A stretch of 64,000 nt of DNA from Thermoplasmata archaeon (GCA_014859835.1 JACZKW010000104.1:51608-115607); one strand, 5' to 3'. Shown: positions 1 through 10,958, numbered from the stretch's first letter. Program-made: numbers and translations. The notes: generated by a model from the letters alone, not told the origin.

Positions 1-357
1 GTACCTGAGGTACACGGAGTACGCCTCACGGAGGGCGGGTGCTGTTGGTTGCATGGGATCGTCTCTATCACCAAGCAGAAGGAAGGTGATTCGGTCAACG
101 CCATAATGGCAGCCCTGGGTGCCCATCCATCGATGAAGATGGTCACGATAGTCGATGACGACATCGACATCTACAACGACCAAGAGGTCGAATGGGCGGT
201 GTCGACCAGGTTCCAAGGGCATAAAGGCCTGGTCATGATAGAGAATGCGAGAGGTAGCAGCCTCGACCCGAGTGCCGATGAGACCACGACTAAGATGGGG
301 ATCGACGCGACAAAGCCGATGGGGGTCGAAGGATTCGACCGTGTGAAACCAGAGTGA
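1..357 (+). CDS. UbiD-family (prFMN-dependent) decarboxylase, 5'-partial
   Basis: Frame open from base 1: ...[14 protein letters not shown]...VDDDIDI...EWAVSTRFQ...GSSLDPS...KMGIDATKP, a typical UbiD C-terminus. Confidence 0.9.
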   Translation, partial: VPEVHGVRLTEGGCCWLHGIVSITKQKEGDSVNAIMAALGAHPSMKMVTIVDDDIDIYNDQEVEWAVSTRFQGHKGLVMIENARGSSLDPSADETTTKMGIDATKPMGVEGFDRVKPE

Positions 358-439
358 CCATTTCGACGTCGAGTGAGCGATGATTCAGGCGCAAACCATT
401 AAATATAGTCCATACCTCACTTCTTACGAAGTGAACCAA

Positions 440-757
440 ATGGTCACCGTCACACCGAAAGCAATAGAGACGATAAAGGCAATCCTAGCCGAGGAGAAGA
501 AGAACGAGCCCATCAGGATTTTCTTTGGAGGGCAATCATGCTCTGGCCCGGCATACATGATGGGGTTCGACAAGCTCACTGAAAACGATGTCGAGATCAA
601 GGTAGATGGGTTCACGCTGATACACGAGAAGACGCTTGGAGAGAACCTCAAGGACGCTGTCGTTGATTCCGTCGAGACCCCACAGGGCCCTGGAGTCGTC
701 ATACGGGTGAAGTCCACCGGTGACTCCTGCAGCGGCGGATGCGCAGGATGTCACTAG
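440..757 (+). CDS. HesB/IscA-like Fe-S cluster assembly accessory protein
   Basis: MVTVTPKA...IRIFFGGQSCSGP...; C-terminal CSGGCAGC; ATG at 440 chosen over 380. Confidence 0.8.
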   Translation: MVTVTPKAIETIKAILAEEKKNEPIRIFFGGQSCSGPAYMMGFDKLTENDVEIKVDGFTLIHEKTLGENLKDAVVDSVETPQGPGVVIRVKSTGDSCSGGCAGCH

Positions 758-812
758 TTTCGTGGTGCCTACGAGAAAACATTCATAGGCCCAGGCGCGT
801 TGTCAAGAGCTT

Positions 813-3143
813 GTGTTCCTAGAGCACAGGCTTATAAAACCATCCAGCGTGGAGCTTAGGGAGTACCAGGTCAATATCGCGAAGACGGCTCTCTCTGAGT
901 CCACCCTGGTCGTCCTTCCGACCGGACTTGGAAAGACTGTTGTTGCTCTAATCCTAGTGGCAGATAAACTGCTGGCAGGCGAGGGCAAGGTCCTGTTCAT
1001 GGCTCCGACGAAGCCTCTCGTCGAGCAGCATTCGAAGTTCTTGAGCAACTATCTCCTCGACATCGAACCCACTGTTTTCACCGGGGAGGTGCCCCCAGCT
1101 CGTAGGGGGGATCTTTGGCGAGATAGCAGACTGGTCGTCTCCACACCACAGGTGATCGAGAACGATCTTAACGAGGAAAGGATCTCGCTGCGTGATGTTT
1201 CGCTCATCGTCTTCGACGAGGCACACAGGGCTGTAGGAGATTATGCCTATGTGTCCATAGGAAAGAGGTTTGCGGAGACAGCTGGGCTCGCCTTGGGTTT
1301 GACCGCATCTCCCGGCTCAGACGTGTCCAAGATCGCCGAGGTCTGTGAGAACCTGGCAATGACCAATGTGGAGATACGTTCAGAACTCGATGAGGATGTG
1401 GCCAGCTATACACAGGTTGTCAAGACCGAGTTCATAGGCGTCGGGATGCCGGAGGATATGGGCAGGGTGATCTACCTACTCCAGAGGATAATGGACGAGC
1501 AGGTGGCGAAGCTATCGGCCCATGGTTATCTCGATCCGAAGAAGCCACCTACCACCAGGGATCTCCTGGAAGCTGGGAAGGTGATTCGCGCCAAGCTGAA
1601 CGTCGGGACCAAGAATTACCATCTGTTCCAGGATGCGAGCGCCCAGTCGCTGGCAATGAAGATGAACCATGGCATCGAACTGGCTCAGACGCAGGGAAAG
1701 GGGGCGTTGGAGAGCTATTTCTCGAAGCTAGTGAAGCAGGGGGAGGAGAAGGGAGGGCCCAAAGCATCCAGGGATCTGATAAAGGATGCGAGGTTCCAGC
1801 AGGCCAGAACCCACCTGCATAGCATGCAGAAGGACCACCCCAAGCTGGAGAAGATCGTCCCCATCCTGAGATCACAGTTCCGGAGCAGGCCGGATTCGAA
1901 AGCCATTGTTTTCACGCATTACAGGGATACATGTGAGCTCCTCACGCAGAAGCTCACCGATGTGGAGGGGGTTCGACCGGTCAGGTTCGTCGGTCAGGCT
2001 AGCAAGGGAGAGGATCATGGGCTCAACCAGAAAGAGCAGAAGGAGATAATCGAGGGGTTCCGTGCAGGGGTGCACAACGTCTTGGTAGCGACATCAATCG
2101 CGGAGGAAGGGTTGGACATACCAGCTACGGATCTGGTGGTATTCTATGAGCCCGTCCCATCGGAGATACGCACGATCCAACGAAGGGGCAGGACTGGGAG
2201 GAAGCAGGCTGGAAGAGTCATCATATTCGTCACCCGGGACACCAAGGATGAGGCATATCTCTGGTCCAGTCGTAGAAAGGAGATGCAGATGCGGAAGGAG
2301 CTCGATTCGCTCAGGAGAAAGCTCAGGCAAAGGAGGGGGCTTCCGGATACACCTTATGCCAGACCAGGACTCTCCAGAGAGACTCTGGAGAAGATGATGT
2401 CACCGGACCTTCCGTCTGGACGGGAGGAACTGGCGAGGAAGGTTGCTGACCAGAAGGGGCAGAAGTCACTTGCACAGTATGAGGGGACGCGGAGGCCACC
2501 ACTCGATATCGCAGTGTCGACCAGGATCAGGGAATCCGCGGTCGCCAAGGGGTTGGAAGATGCAGGATTCAATATATGCCACGATGCCACTGGTGGCGCC
2601 GATATTGTCATATCCGAAAGAGTCAGCCTGATCTTCAGAACGATTCGAGATTTCATAATCGGCCTGAATAGCGGCACGATCATCTCCGACCTAGACAGGT
2701 TGAGGGGGTCATCGCAGCATCCGATCCTGGTAGTCCAGGGGGAGCAGGAAGGAGAAGGCGACAGGAGACTCAACTCCGCAATCTATGATTTCCTAAATGG
2801 ACTCATTTCAAGGAACGGATTGACGGTGCTATCGACTGCGAGCCCACAGGAGACCGCATCCGCGATCAAAACCCTTTACGGTCAGGAGAAACCAGACCTT
2901 GCTCACACATCGAGATCCAAGCAGACCTCATTCGATTCGCCTGGAGGGCATATGTTCCTCGTCCAGGGTCTCCCGAACGTGTCGGCTACACTCTCGACGA
3001 GGCTGATGAAACGATTCGGTTCACCCGATGCGGTATCTAGGGCTAGCGTCGAGGAGCTCATGAAGGTCGATGGAATAGCAAAGATTATTGCAGAAGGCAT
3101 CCATAATAGTCTCCGGAAGATGGTTGGCGAGGAGTTGGACTGA
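813..3143 (+). CDS. hef: Hef/FANCM-like SF2 helicase with C-terminal ERCC4-like and HhH domains
   Basis: LPTGLGKT, DEAH, TASPG and QRRGRTGR helicase motifs; C-terminal ERCC4-like region and (HhH)2 (GLPNVS, KVDGIA). Confidence 0.92.
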   Translation: MFLEHRLIKPSSVELREYQVNIAKTALSESTLVVLPTGLGKTVVALILVADKLLAGEGKVLFMAPTKPLVEQHSKFLSNYLLDIEPTVFTGEVPPARRGDLWRDSRLVVSTPQVIENDLNEERISLRDVSLIVFDEAHRAVGDYAYVSIGKRFAETAGLALGLTASPGSDVSKIAEVCENLAMTNVEIRSELDEDVASYTQVVKTEFIGVGMPEDMGRVIYLLQRIMDEQVAKLSAHGYLDPKKPPTTRDLLEAGKVIRAKLNVGTKNYHLFQDASAQSLAMKMNHGIELAQTQGKGALESYFSKLVKQGEEKGGPKASRDLIKDARFQQARTHLHSMQKDHPKLEKIVPILRSQFRSRPDSKAIVFTHYRDTCELLTQKLTDVEGVRPVRFVGQASKGEDHGLNQKEQKEIIEGFRAGVHNVLVATSIAEEGLDIPATDLVVFYEPVPSEIRTIQRRGRTGRKQAGRVIIFVTRDTKDEAYLWSSRRKEMQMRKELDSLRRKLRQRRGLPDTPYARPGLSRETLEKMMSPDLPSGREELARKVADQKGQKSLAQYEGTRRPPLDIAVSTRIRESAVAKGLEDAGFNICHDATGGADIVISERVSLIFRTIRDFIIGLNSGTIISDLDRLRGSSQHPILVVQGEQEGEGDRRLNSAIYDFLNGLISRNGLTVLSTASPQETASAIKTLYGQEKPDLAHTSRSKQTSFDSPGGHMFLVQGLPNVSATLSTRLMKRFGSPDAVSRASVEELMKVDGIAKIIAEGIHNSLRKMVGEELD

Positions 3144-3144
3144 T

Positions 3145-3402
3145 ATGGCAACCAACGAGTGCCCGAGGTGCAACAGCCCCTGCATCATCAAGATCGTTGC
3201 GGAATCCAGCGAAGAATGGTGCGAGGTAGATGTCTGCAAGATGTGCGGAAGCATGTATCCAAGAAAGAAGAATGCCAAATCCGCACAGACGAAGGGCGTG
3301 ACCGCCAAGAAGAAGGCGAAAAAGTCCTCCAGGGCTAGCTCCAAGAGTCCGAAAAAGGCGGCAGCCAGGAAGAAGACGGCAAAGGGCAGAAAACCCAGGT
3401 GA
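3145..3402 (+). CDS. small Zn-ribbon protein with Lys/Ala-rich basic tail
   Basis: CPRC...CKMC followed by KKKAKKSSRASSKSPKKAAARKK; ATG 1 nt after the hef stop. Confidence 0.7.
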   Translation: MATNECPRCNSPCIIKIVAESSEEWCEVDVCKMCGSMYPRKKNAKSAQTKGVTAKKKAKKSSRASSKSPKKAAARKKTAKGRKPR

Positions 3403-3478
3403 TTTCTGAGCCAGCATGCCCGTTGCGCAAGCAGCAACGTTTATGAACCCACTGTCCATACGAGGGAATTCGAGGATC

Positions 3479-3754
3479 ATGGAATTCAAGTTGATAGAGA
3501 AGAAGAAGGATAGCATCAGAGTGGAGATACTCGATGCCGACGAGACCCTCATAAACCCGCTGTTGCACGAACTGTTGCAGGACAAGAATGTCCAGAACGC
3601 AAGATACACAACAGGTCACCCACAGCTGGACAAGCCAGTGCTGACCGTCATTGTCAAGGATGGAAAGCCCCAGGCCGCGCTCAAGAAGGCCGCCAAGGCT
3701 CTGGCCAACCAGTACCTCGAGACAAGGCAACTTGTCGAGAAGCAGCTGGGTTGA
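3479..3754 (+). CDS. rpoL: DNA-directed RNA polymerase subunit L (Rpo11)
   Basis: MEFKLIEK...ETLINPL...ARYTTGHPQLDKP...ALKKAAK pattern. Confidence 0.88.
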   Translation: MEFKLIEKKKDSIRVEILDADETLINPLLHELLQDKNVQNARYTTGHPQLDKPVLTVIVKDGKPQAALKKAAKALANQYLETRQLVEKQLG

Positions 3755-3798
3755 GCCGTACCGAAGCTTTTACATCCGGATGTCATTCTGAAGATCAC

Positions 3799-5079
3799 AT
3801 GAGAGAAAGCGAGCTGGGGCTAGAGGCGTTCCTCACTGAGGACCTGCCAGGCATCGGAGGCAGACTCAGGAATACTCCAGACGATTTCAAAGTCGATGAG
3901 ATCTCCATAAAGCCTCCTGAAGACCCCGAGGGTCGTTTCGTGATTGCGCAGGTTTGGCACAGGAACTGGGAGGCGAACCGACTCGTCAGAAGATTGGCAT
4001 CGAACCTCCATCTTGGAAGGAATCGTGTGGGGTTCGCAGGGACGAAGGATGGCAGGTCCGTAGCAACCCAGTTGATGTCTTTCAATGCGCCCCTGGAGGA
4101 TGTGCAGGCCCTCACAATACCCGAGGTCGAGATAAGGGACGTGTACCGGGCCAAACGGATGATCTCGATAGGCGACCTCATAGGCAACAAGTTCGAGATC
4201 AGGGTATCGGAGCAGAACCCCGCGGTCGATGTGCGGCGTATCTGCAAAGCGGTCGCCGACAGAGTCGAAGCCATCGGGGGATTCCCGAACTTCTTCGGCA
4301 TCCAGAGGTTCGGATCGGTGAGACCTATAACGCACCTCGTCGGCAAGGACCTCACCAAAGGGGACATAGAAGGAGCGGTCATGCGCTATGTCGCGAACCC
4401 GTTGGACGAGGATTCTGAGATCAATGATGCCCGCAGAGCACTCCAAGAGACTCGGGATTTCGAACGGGCACTCGCCGAGTTTCCCATGAAACTCACATTC
4501 GAGAGGATGATGATCGGACACATCAAGGAGCATCCAGGTGATTTCCTAGGAGCTCTGAGGAGACTACCCAGCAACCTCCTGATGATGTTCGTTCACGCAT
4601 ACCAATCATTTCTGTTCAACGAGGTCCTGAGCGAGAGGATGAGGAGGGGCATCGCGATCGATGAACCCGTGGTCGGGGACCTGGTGCTGCCCCTCGACAA
4701 GAACGGGCTGCCGGACCATGACAACCCGATTCCCGTCACTGAGGACAACCTGGAGAAGGTGCGGAGGAACGCGAGGGAGAAGAAGGCGTTCGTGAGTGGG
4801 CTATTATACGGGACCGATTCCAGCTTCGCGGAGGGGGAGATTGGCGAGATCGAGAGGAAGGTCATAGAGGATGAAGGGGTCTCACGGATGGATTTCCAGA
4901 TTGTGGGCCTGCGTGAAGCTTCATCCAAGGGGATTAGGCGAGAGTTGTTGGCGCTATGTAAGGACCTAGAGATCGAACACTTCGATGACTCGACAGTGTT
5001 CAAGTTCGCGCTGAACAAAGGATGCTACGCAACATGCCTGATGCGCGAATTCATGAAGACTGATATCTCCAAATACTGA
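3799..5079 (+). CDS. truD: tRNA pseudouridine(13) synthase TruD
   Basis: DFKVDEI, FAGTKD, GNKFEI, PNFFGIQRFG and KGCYATCLMREFMK motifs. Confidence 0.95.
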   Translation: MRESELGLEAFLTEDLPGIGGRLRNTPDDFKVDEISIKPPEDPEGRFVIAQVWHRNWEANRLVRRLASNLHLGRNRVGFAGTKDGRSVATQLMSFNAPLEDVQALTIPEVEIRDVYRAKRMISIGDLIGNKFEIRVSEQNPAVDVRRICKAVADRVEAIGGFPNFFGIQRFGSVRPITHLVGKDLTKGDIEGAVMRYVANPLDEDSEINDARRALQETRDFERALAEFPMKLTFERMMIGHIKEHPGDFLGALRRLPSNLLMMFVHAYQSFLFNEVLSERMRRGIAIDEPVVGDLVLPLDKNGLPDHDNPIPVTEDNLEKVRRNAREKKAFVSGLLYGTDSSFAEGEIGEIERKVIEDEGVSRMDFQIVGLREASSKGIRRELLALCKDLEIEHFDDSTVFKFALNKGCYATCLMREFMKTDISKY

Positions 5080-5132
5080 CAATGCTCACCCAACGGACCG
5101 AAGCCATTTTGTAGAGGGCATAGCGCTCATAG

Positions 5133-5330
5133 GTGTCGAGTGATTCTGTCGTGGCGAGGAACGATAAAAAGAAGAAGATGCGCAAGGTACTGACATGCCC
5201 ACAGTGCGGCTCAGCAGACCTATACTACGAAGCTGCCCTGATCACCGGGTACAAGTACCACTGCAAGAAGTGCAACTACATAGGCGCCTTCGTCGTCGAG
5301 AAAGAAATCGAAGAGAATGGGTTTGATTGA
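5133..5330 (+). CDS. small CPxCG-type zinc-finger protein (start uncertain)
   Basis: CPQCGS...YHCKKCNY, the archaeal small Zn-finger pattern. Confidence 0.75.
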   Translation: MSSDSVVARNDKKKKMRKVLTCPQCGSADLYYEAALITGYKYHCKKCNYIGAFVVEKEIEENGFD

Positions 5331-5369
5331 TGCCGCAAGCAGGGCCTCGGAGGATATCCGATCCGGCCC

Positions 5370-6593
5370 TCAGGCGAACATCGGGCCGGATTCCATCGCC
5401 TTCTGGTCATCCTCGTCGAGCACCTTGTTGATGGCCTTCTCGAAATCGACCATGGAGACAATGTCACGGCTCTCTCTTATGGCGAACATCCCGGCCTCTG
5501 TGCAGACGGCTTTGATGTCGGCACCTGTCGCACCATCAGACTTGGATGCCATCTCCTCGAGGTTGACCGACTCGTCGAGGTTCATACGTCGGCTGTGTAT
5601 CTTGAATATCGCGGCTCTCGCCTCGTAGTTCGGAATCGGTATCTCGATGATCCTGTCGAACCTTCCGGGTCTCAGCAAGGCCTCGTCAAGTATATCGGGG
5701 CGGTTGGTGGCACCTATGATCTTGACCTCACCCAATGGGTTGAAACCGTCGAGTTCGGCCAGAATCTGCATGAGTGTGCGTTGGACCTCGCGATCGCCGG
5801 AGGTTGCGAGCTCAAGCCTCTTAGCGCCCACGCTGTCCAGCTCATCTATGAACACGATGGACGGGGCCTTCTGCCTGGCGAGATCGAATAGTTCCCTCAC
5901 CAGTCTGGCACCCTCTCCGATGTATTTCTGCACCAACTCCGATCCGACGAACCGGATGAATGTGGCATTGGTCTGCTTCGCGACGGCCTTCGCCAGGAGC
6001 GTCTTACCAGTGCCCGGTGGACCGACTAGAAGCACGCCCTTCGGCGGGTCTATACCCACTTTCTTGTAAAGCTCCGGTCTGAGAAGTGGGTCTTCCACGG
6101 CTTCCCGTATCTCTATGATCTGGTCCTGCAAGCCTCCGATATCCTCGTAGACCGTATCCGGCTTCGCTATTATCTCGGCGCCGACTACGATGGGGTCCAA
6201 GGATGGGGGCAGAACGCCCATTACCGCAAGCGTCTGCTTGTTCAGAGCGACTCTGGCACCAGCTATCAACAAGTCGGATGATACGTAATCTGATGTGCTC
6301 ACAACGAAGTCTGGTCCGGTCGAACTCTTGACGACTACCCGGCCGTCAGCGAGTATGTCCTTGATCTGACCTATTATGAGTGGTGGGGTCTTCAATCGCT
6401 CAAGCTCGGCTTTGAGTCTCTTGAGTTCCTTCTGAAGGCGAATGAGCTCACCTTCAACGAACCTCTTCTCGCCTTCGCTTCTGCGAGCTTCCTCTACGAG
6501 TTCGAGGTTACGCTCCTCAAGGACCGCAATTCTCCTTTGTATTCCTTCAAACATCTCAGCGGATTGGTCCTGTTCCAATATGATGCACCCCAT
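5370..6593 (-). CDS. pan: proteasome-activating nucleotidase
   Basis: N-terminal coiled coil, OB region, [22 protein letters not shown]; C-terminal MFA (HbYX-like). Confidence 0.96.
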   Translation of the reverse strand: MGCIILEQDQSAEMFEGIQRRIAVLEERNLELVEEARRSEGEKRFVEGELIRLQKELKRLKAELERLKTPPLIIGQIKDILADGRVVVKSSTGPDFVVSTSDYVSSDLLIAGARVALNKQTLAVMGVLPPSLDPIVVGAEIIAKPDTVYEDIGGLQDQIIEIREAVEDPLLRPELYKKVGIDPPKGVLLVGPPGTGKTLLAKAVAKQTNATFIRFVGSELVQKYIGEGARLVRELFDLARQKAPSIVFIDELDSVGAKRLELATSGDREVQRTLMQILAELDGFNPLGEVKIIGATNRPDILDEALLRPGRFDRIIEIPIPNYEARAAIFKIHSRRMNLDESVNLEEMASKSDGATGADIKAVCTEAGMFAIRESRDIVSMVDFEKAINKVLDEDDQKAMESGPMFA

Positions 6594-6679
6594 TTTTCAT
6601 GTCAAATCCGAGCTGGCAACGATATAAGGTTAAATACGCTATTTAGCCTTTGCTGGTTCACGCAAGAGGCTTGGTTTTC

Positions 6680-7168
6680 ATGATTTGTGAGATGTGCGGG
6701 AAGAACGTCACCTTCTGCAAGAAGGTGACCATCGAAGGCGTGCATCTTGAAGTTTGTACCGAATGTGCAAAATTCGGCACGGAAGCACGAAAAGAGAAGG
6801 GCAAAGAGGTCGCGGGACCGAAACCGGTGATAACGCAGCGATTGGAGTCCCGGGAGAAGAGATCTCGACCGCGAGATATTTACGAAGGCGTGGAGAAGGA
6901 TCTCGTCGACGATTATACGGAACGCATCCGCGATGGTAGACAGGGCAAGGGACTGTCCCAGAAGGATCTGGCTGCACGCCTGAACGAACGAGTGACTATC
7001 ATCAGCAAGATCGAGACCGGTGACATGAGACCTGACGAGAAGCTCATCGTCAAGCTTCAGAAGGAGCTAGGCATAGTCCTCAAGGAGAAGGTCTCGACCG
7101 TGGTGGCGGCCAAGGAATCGGGTCCGAAGACCCTCACCCTGGCCGATCTGATAAAGATGCAGAAATGA
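6680..7168 (+). CDS. mbf1: archaeal multiprotein bridging factor aMBF1
   Basis: CEMCG...VCTECAKFG Zn ribbon, HTH (GLSQKDLAARLNE) and TLADLI tail. Confidence 0.9.
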   Translation: MICEMCGKNVTFCKKVTIEGVHLEVCTECAKFGTEARKEKGKEVAGPKPVITQRLESREKRSRPRDIYEGVEKDLVDDYTERIRDGRQGKGLSQKDLAARLNERVTIISKIETGDMRPDEKLIVKLQKELGIVLKEKVSTVVAAKESGPKTLTLADLIKMQK

Positions 7169-7175
7169 TACGCCC

Positions 7176-7664
7176 TCATTCTGCGGAGGCATCCCTGCTC
7201 ATGACCGCGGACATGGCTCTGTCCAGGTGAGACTTGTCGACCTGCAGTCCATACGATGATGCTACGAGCAATGCGGCGGGCTCGATATCGATACCAAGCA
7301 GCTCCTGCTTCTTGTTGACCTTGGACACGACCTCTCTCTTAGGCACGGATTTCGTTCTCACGATACTCTCCACTATCTCGGAGAATAGATCCTGGGAACG
7401 CTTCGCACCCATCGTTATGACGTCTGAGCTCGGTTTGAAATCAAGGGGCACCTCGGCAGATGTCCAATCAAAGGTCGGCATCAGGCTGCCGTTCTTCTTC
7501 TCCAAGAATCCATCCGAGAGCCCTGCATCCATCAGTTTCTGGGCATCCTTCGGAGAGAACCATCTCATATCCATCGATGCCGAGAACACAAACTCGCGCT
7601 CCGACAAAACATCCTTACCCTTGCGCTTGTAAAGGACCGCGATACTCTTCTGCAAATCATTCAT
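7176..7664 (-). CDS. DUF2240-family protein
   Basis: EFVFSASMDMRWFSPKDA and PTFD...VPLDFKP resemble this archaeal family. Confidence 0.75.
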   Translation of the reverse strand: MNDLQKSIAVLYKRKGKDVLSEREFVFSASMDMRWFSPKDAQKLMDAGLSDGFLEKKNGSLMPTFDWTSAEVPLDFKPSSDVITMGAKRSQDLFSEIVESIVRTKSVPKREVVSKVNKKQELLGIDIEPAALLVASSYGLQVDKSHLDRAMSAVMSRDASAE

Positions 7665-8325
7665 TCGTTACCATGCTCCCGAAATCCTCTGTTACGATGT
7701 AGTCGACCTCAAGACGTTCCAGTGCCGGTTGGTCGGTCATCGTCGCGAAGACTCCAAGGGTGAATCCGAGCTCCCTCTTGGCCTTAGATGCATCTTCGGC
7801 CAGTTCCCACGGGACGAGTACGTTGGATATCCCTATCTCCAACACGTCCCGAGAAAGGTCGAAGATGGCCCTGCCAGCGATTGAGGGGTCAAAACTCACG
7901 ATCCCATCCCGGTAGTCTGCTTTGAAGGTAATGTTCTCGGACAACTTAAATGCTATCCCAAGCTCTTCGAGGCTGACGAGTGTTGCGGTGCCGACGACGG
8001 CGTTCTCCGCGCCCGTTATGAGCAGGTCTATGACGTTCTGACCGAACCTGAGCCCACCCTCATACATCGTGGGTATTCCTTCACATATCTCGCGCGCGAC
8101 GTCGAGCTGAGGCTTGTTCTTTGTGATTCCGTCAACATCAGACAGGTACAACATGTCGAATTTATCGGAAAGCTGCGCGACGATATCTTCTGTCGACCCT
8201 TTCGGGTACGCGCGTCTCAGAAGGCTCCGACCATCCAATGTCATGCTCGGAATGATTCTCATGAACAAGGAGCCGCAGAAGGTCTCCACATAGATAAACG
8301 TGACCGCATCGAATGGATTTGACAT
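7657..8325 (-). CDS. HisA/HisF-related TIM-barrel protein (start uncertain)
   Basis: LYLSDVDG, EGGLR and GAENAVVGT phosphate-binding motifs. Confidence 0.7.
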   Translation of the reverse strand: MSNPFDAVTFIYVETFCGSLFMRIIPSMTLDGRSLLRRAYPKGSTEDIVAQLSDKFDMLYLSDVDGITKNKPQLDVAREICEGIPTMYEGGLRFGQNVIDLLITGAENAVVGTATLVSLEELGIAFKLSENITFKADYRDGIVSFDPSIAGRAIFDLSRDVLEIGISNVLVPWELAEDASKAKRELGFTLGVFATMTDQPALERLEVDYIVTEDFGSMVTNE

Positions 8326-8525
8326 GATTCATACCAGATAACCGGGATAGAGATATGATGCAAAACCGATGCCCTCGAGCCAAGTAATAGACCCTTTGAA
8401 ATCGGCTTCCTCGTAATCGATGACAATGATTAGACCATATCTTGAGACCACGATGAAAATAATGGGATCGCAGGAACTGGATGATTCGAACTCATTCTAA
8501 CCACCGAATACAGAAGTAGCAACGG

Positions 8526-8533
8526 TTATATAG
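8526..8533 (+). promoter_or_regulatory. putative TATA box of the thermosome gene
   Basis: TTATATAG about 80 nt upstream of the ATG; GGAGGT ribosome-binding site just before 8611. Confidence 0.45.
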
Positions 8534-8610
8534 AAGCACTAACATATACGAACTCCTAACCCCGCGATAGGGGGGAGGAACTGGTCAATCCAGATTGATT
8601 AAGCGGAGGT

Positions 8611-10251
8611 ATGAAATTGATAGGCCAAACACCCATTTTCATATTGAAAGAAGGAACCAAGAGAGAGAAAGGAAAAGGCGCGCAGTTCAACAACATTTCT
8701 GCAGCCAGAGCAATCGCCGATACAGTCAGGAGCACATTGGGCCCGAGGGGCATGGACAAGATGCTCGTTGACAGCATGGGTGATGTGGTAATAACGAACG
8801 ATGGAGTGACTATCCTCAAGGAGATAGACATCGAGCACCCCGCGGCCAAGATGATCGTCGAGGTCGCCAAGACACAGGACGAGGAATGCGGGGACGGAAC
8901 CACGACCGCAGTCATCCTTGCCGGTGAACTCCTGAAGAAGGCTGAGGCACTCATTGAACAGAACATACACCCAACGGTCATATCCGGCGGGTACAGACTC
9001 GCGGCGCTGAAGGCGAGAGAGTTCCTTGATGAGATATCCATCAAGGTGGATTCCAAGGACAGGGACGTGCTCATCGACATCGCAAAGACAGCAATGATAT
9101 CCAAGAGCGTCGCCGGATCCAGGGAATTGCTGGCAAAGGTAGCATTCGATGCGGTCTCAGCTGTCGCTGAGAAGAACAGCGAGGGAGCATGGACGGTCGA
9201 TGAGGACGACATCCAAATCGTGAAGAAGCAGGGTGGCTCCACGGATGACACCACAATGATCGCAGGAATCATCGTCGACAAGGAAGCAGTTCACCCAGCG
9301 ATGCCGAAGAAGGTCGAGAAGGCGAAGATCGCGCTCGTCGATTCGGCGCTCGAAGTCAAGAAGACCGAGATAGACGCGAAGATCGAGATAACCGACCCGA
9401 GCCAGCTGCATGCGTTCCTCGATGAAGAGGAGAACATGCTAAAGAAGATGGTCGAGACCGTCAAGAAGTCCGGCGCGAACGTGCTGTTCTGCCAGAAGGG
9501 CATCGACGATCTCGCACAGCATTACCTGTCGAAGGCCGGAGTATACGCGGTCCGCAGGGTCAAGAAGAGCGATATGGAAAAGCTCGCCAAGGCCACAGGC
9601 GCGAACCTCGTGACCAAGCTCGACGACCTGAAGGCAGATGACCTCGGTGTCGCCAATATGGTCGAAGAGAAGAAGATCGCTGATGACAAGATGACCTTCG
9701 TCACCGGATGCAAGAACCCGAAGGCCGTATCGGTATTGATCAGGGGCGGCACGGAACACGTGATCGATGAGGTCGACAGGTCCCTGAACGATGCGATAAG
9801 CGTCGTATCGGTAGCATTCGAGGATGGAAAACTCGTTACTGGCGGAGGTTCCGCAGCAGCCGAGCTGGCGCTCAGGTTGAGAGACTTCGCGGCTACCGTT
9901 GGTGGCAGGGAACAGATCGCAATCGATGCTTTCGCTAGCGCTCTGGAAGTCATTCCGACAGCACTTGCGGAGAACGCTGGTCTCGACCCGATCGATGTAC
10001 TGATCGAGCTCAGACAGGCGCACAAGGCTGGGAAGAAGAATGCCGGCATCAACGTCTTCACGGGAAAGATCACAGACATGAAGAAGGAGAAGGTGCTTGA
10101 ACCGATTCGCGTCGGAAGACAGGCGATCAGCTCCGCGACAGACGCTGCCGTCATGATCCTGAGGATTGATGACGTCATAGCATCCAGGGGCGGTCCGAAG
10201 GGACCACCTGGCGCAGGCGGTCCTGGCGGAGACATGGGTGACTTCGAATAG
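8611..10251 (+). CDS. ths: thermosome (group II chaperonin) subunit
   Basis: [26 protein letters not shown]; Gly/Pro-rich tail. Confidence 0.97.
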   Translation: MKLIGQTPIFILKEGTKREKGKGAQFNNISAARAIADTVRSTLGPRGMDKMLVDSMGDVVITNDGVTILKEIDIEHPAAKMIVEVAKTQDEECGDGTTTAVILAGELLKKAEALIEQNIHPTVISGGYRLAALKAREFLDEISIKVDSKDRDVLIDIAKTAMISKSVAGSRELLAKVAFDAVSAVAEKNSEGAWTVDEDDIQIVKKQGGSTDDTTMIAGIIVDKEAVHPAMPKKVEKAKIALVDSALEVKKTEIDAKIEITDPSQLHAFLDEEENMLKKMVETVKKSGANVLFCQKGIDDLAQHYLSKAGVYAVRRVKKSDMEKLAKATGANLVTKLDDLKADDLGVANMVEEKKIADDKMTFVTGCKNPKAVSVLIRGGTEHVIDEVDRSLNDAISVVSVAFEDGKLVTGGGSAAAELALRLRDFAATVGGREQIAIDAFASALEVIPTALAENAGLDPIDVLIELRQAHKAGKKNAGINVFTGKITDMKKEKVLEPIRVGRQAISSATDAAVMILRIDDVIASRGGPKGPPGAGGPGGDMGDFE

Positions 10252-10330
10252 ACGAAGACCTAAACCCCTTAAACCCATTACTTTCGTGAAAGGGTCATGA
10301 GGCCCTGGATTGCACTGGAGGCAATCAGTG

Positions 10331-10930
10331 ATGGCTAACGATGAGACAAATGATACTGAGCACGCCGGCTCGAAGGAAGGGTGTGGTTCCGATGAGAAAG
10401 CCCCTCGGATACAGGACCCAGTATCAGAGTTGGACGGAAGGATAGAGGACTTGACCGATACTCTTTTGCGTCTCCAGGCAGATTTCGACAACTATAAGAA
10501 GCGCGTCGCGAAGGAATGGAATGAAAGGGCAAAGACCGCAACTGAGGGGCTGGTGCGCGACCTGCTCCCTGTACTGGACACCTTTGACAAGGCCTTCGAG
10601 GATACGCAAAAGACCGATGATGCAGATCATGACAGGAAAGGGCTCGAAGGAATCCATAGACAACTCCTGCAAATCATCCAGAGGCAAGGTTTGAGAGAGA
10701 TAAGAACCGATTGCGGGTTCGATCCGTTCGAGCATGAGGCACTGATGCGAGCAGAATCCGAGGATGCAGATGACGGAAAGATACTCGAGGTGTACCAGAA
10801 AGGCTACAGCCTTGGAGGGAAGGTCATCAGACCGGCCAAAGTGAAAGTAGCCAAGAGGACCGAACTGGTCGAAATCACCGAACCGGACGATGACAATCAC
10901 GATAATCCAGATGACGAGAAATCAGAATAG
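10331..10930 (+). CDS. grpE: nucleotide exchange factor GrpE
   Basis: LQADFDNYKKR, FDPFEHEA, QKGY...VIRPAKVKV; directly upstream of dnaK. Confidence 0.95.
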   Translation: MANDETNDTEHAGSKEGCGSDEKAPRIQDPVSELDGRIEDLTDTLLRLQADFDNYKKRVAKEWNERAKTATEGLVRDLLPVLDTFDKAFEDTQKTDDADHDRKGLEGIHRQLLQIIQRQGLREIRTDCGFDPFEHEALMRAESEDADDGKILEVYQKGYSLGGKVIRPAKVKVAKRTELVEITEPDDDNHDNPDDEKSE

Positions 10931-10958
10931 AACAGAAGAAATGAGAGGTGAGTGAAGA

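Noticed and set aside
440-757. HesB-like selenoprotein
   Set aside because: The position is a TGC Cys codon; no in-frame TGA
5133-5330. Small Zn-finger proteins (also 3145-3402) as the missing RING E3
   Set aside because: Only four Cys each (single Zn ribbon), not the eight-ligand RING pattern, and about 40 kb from the cassette
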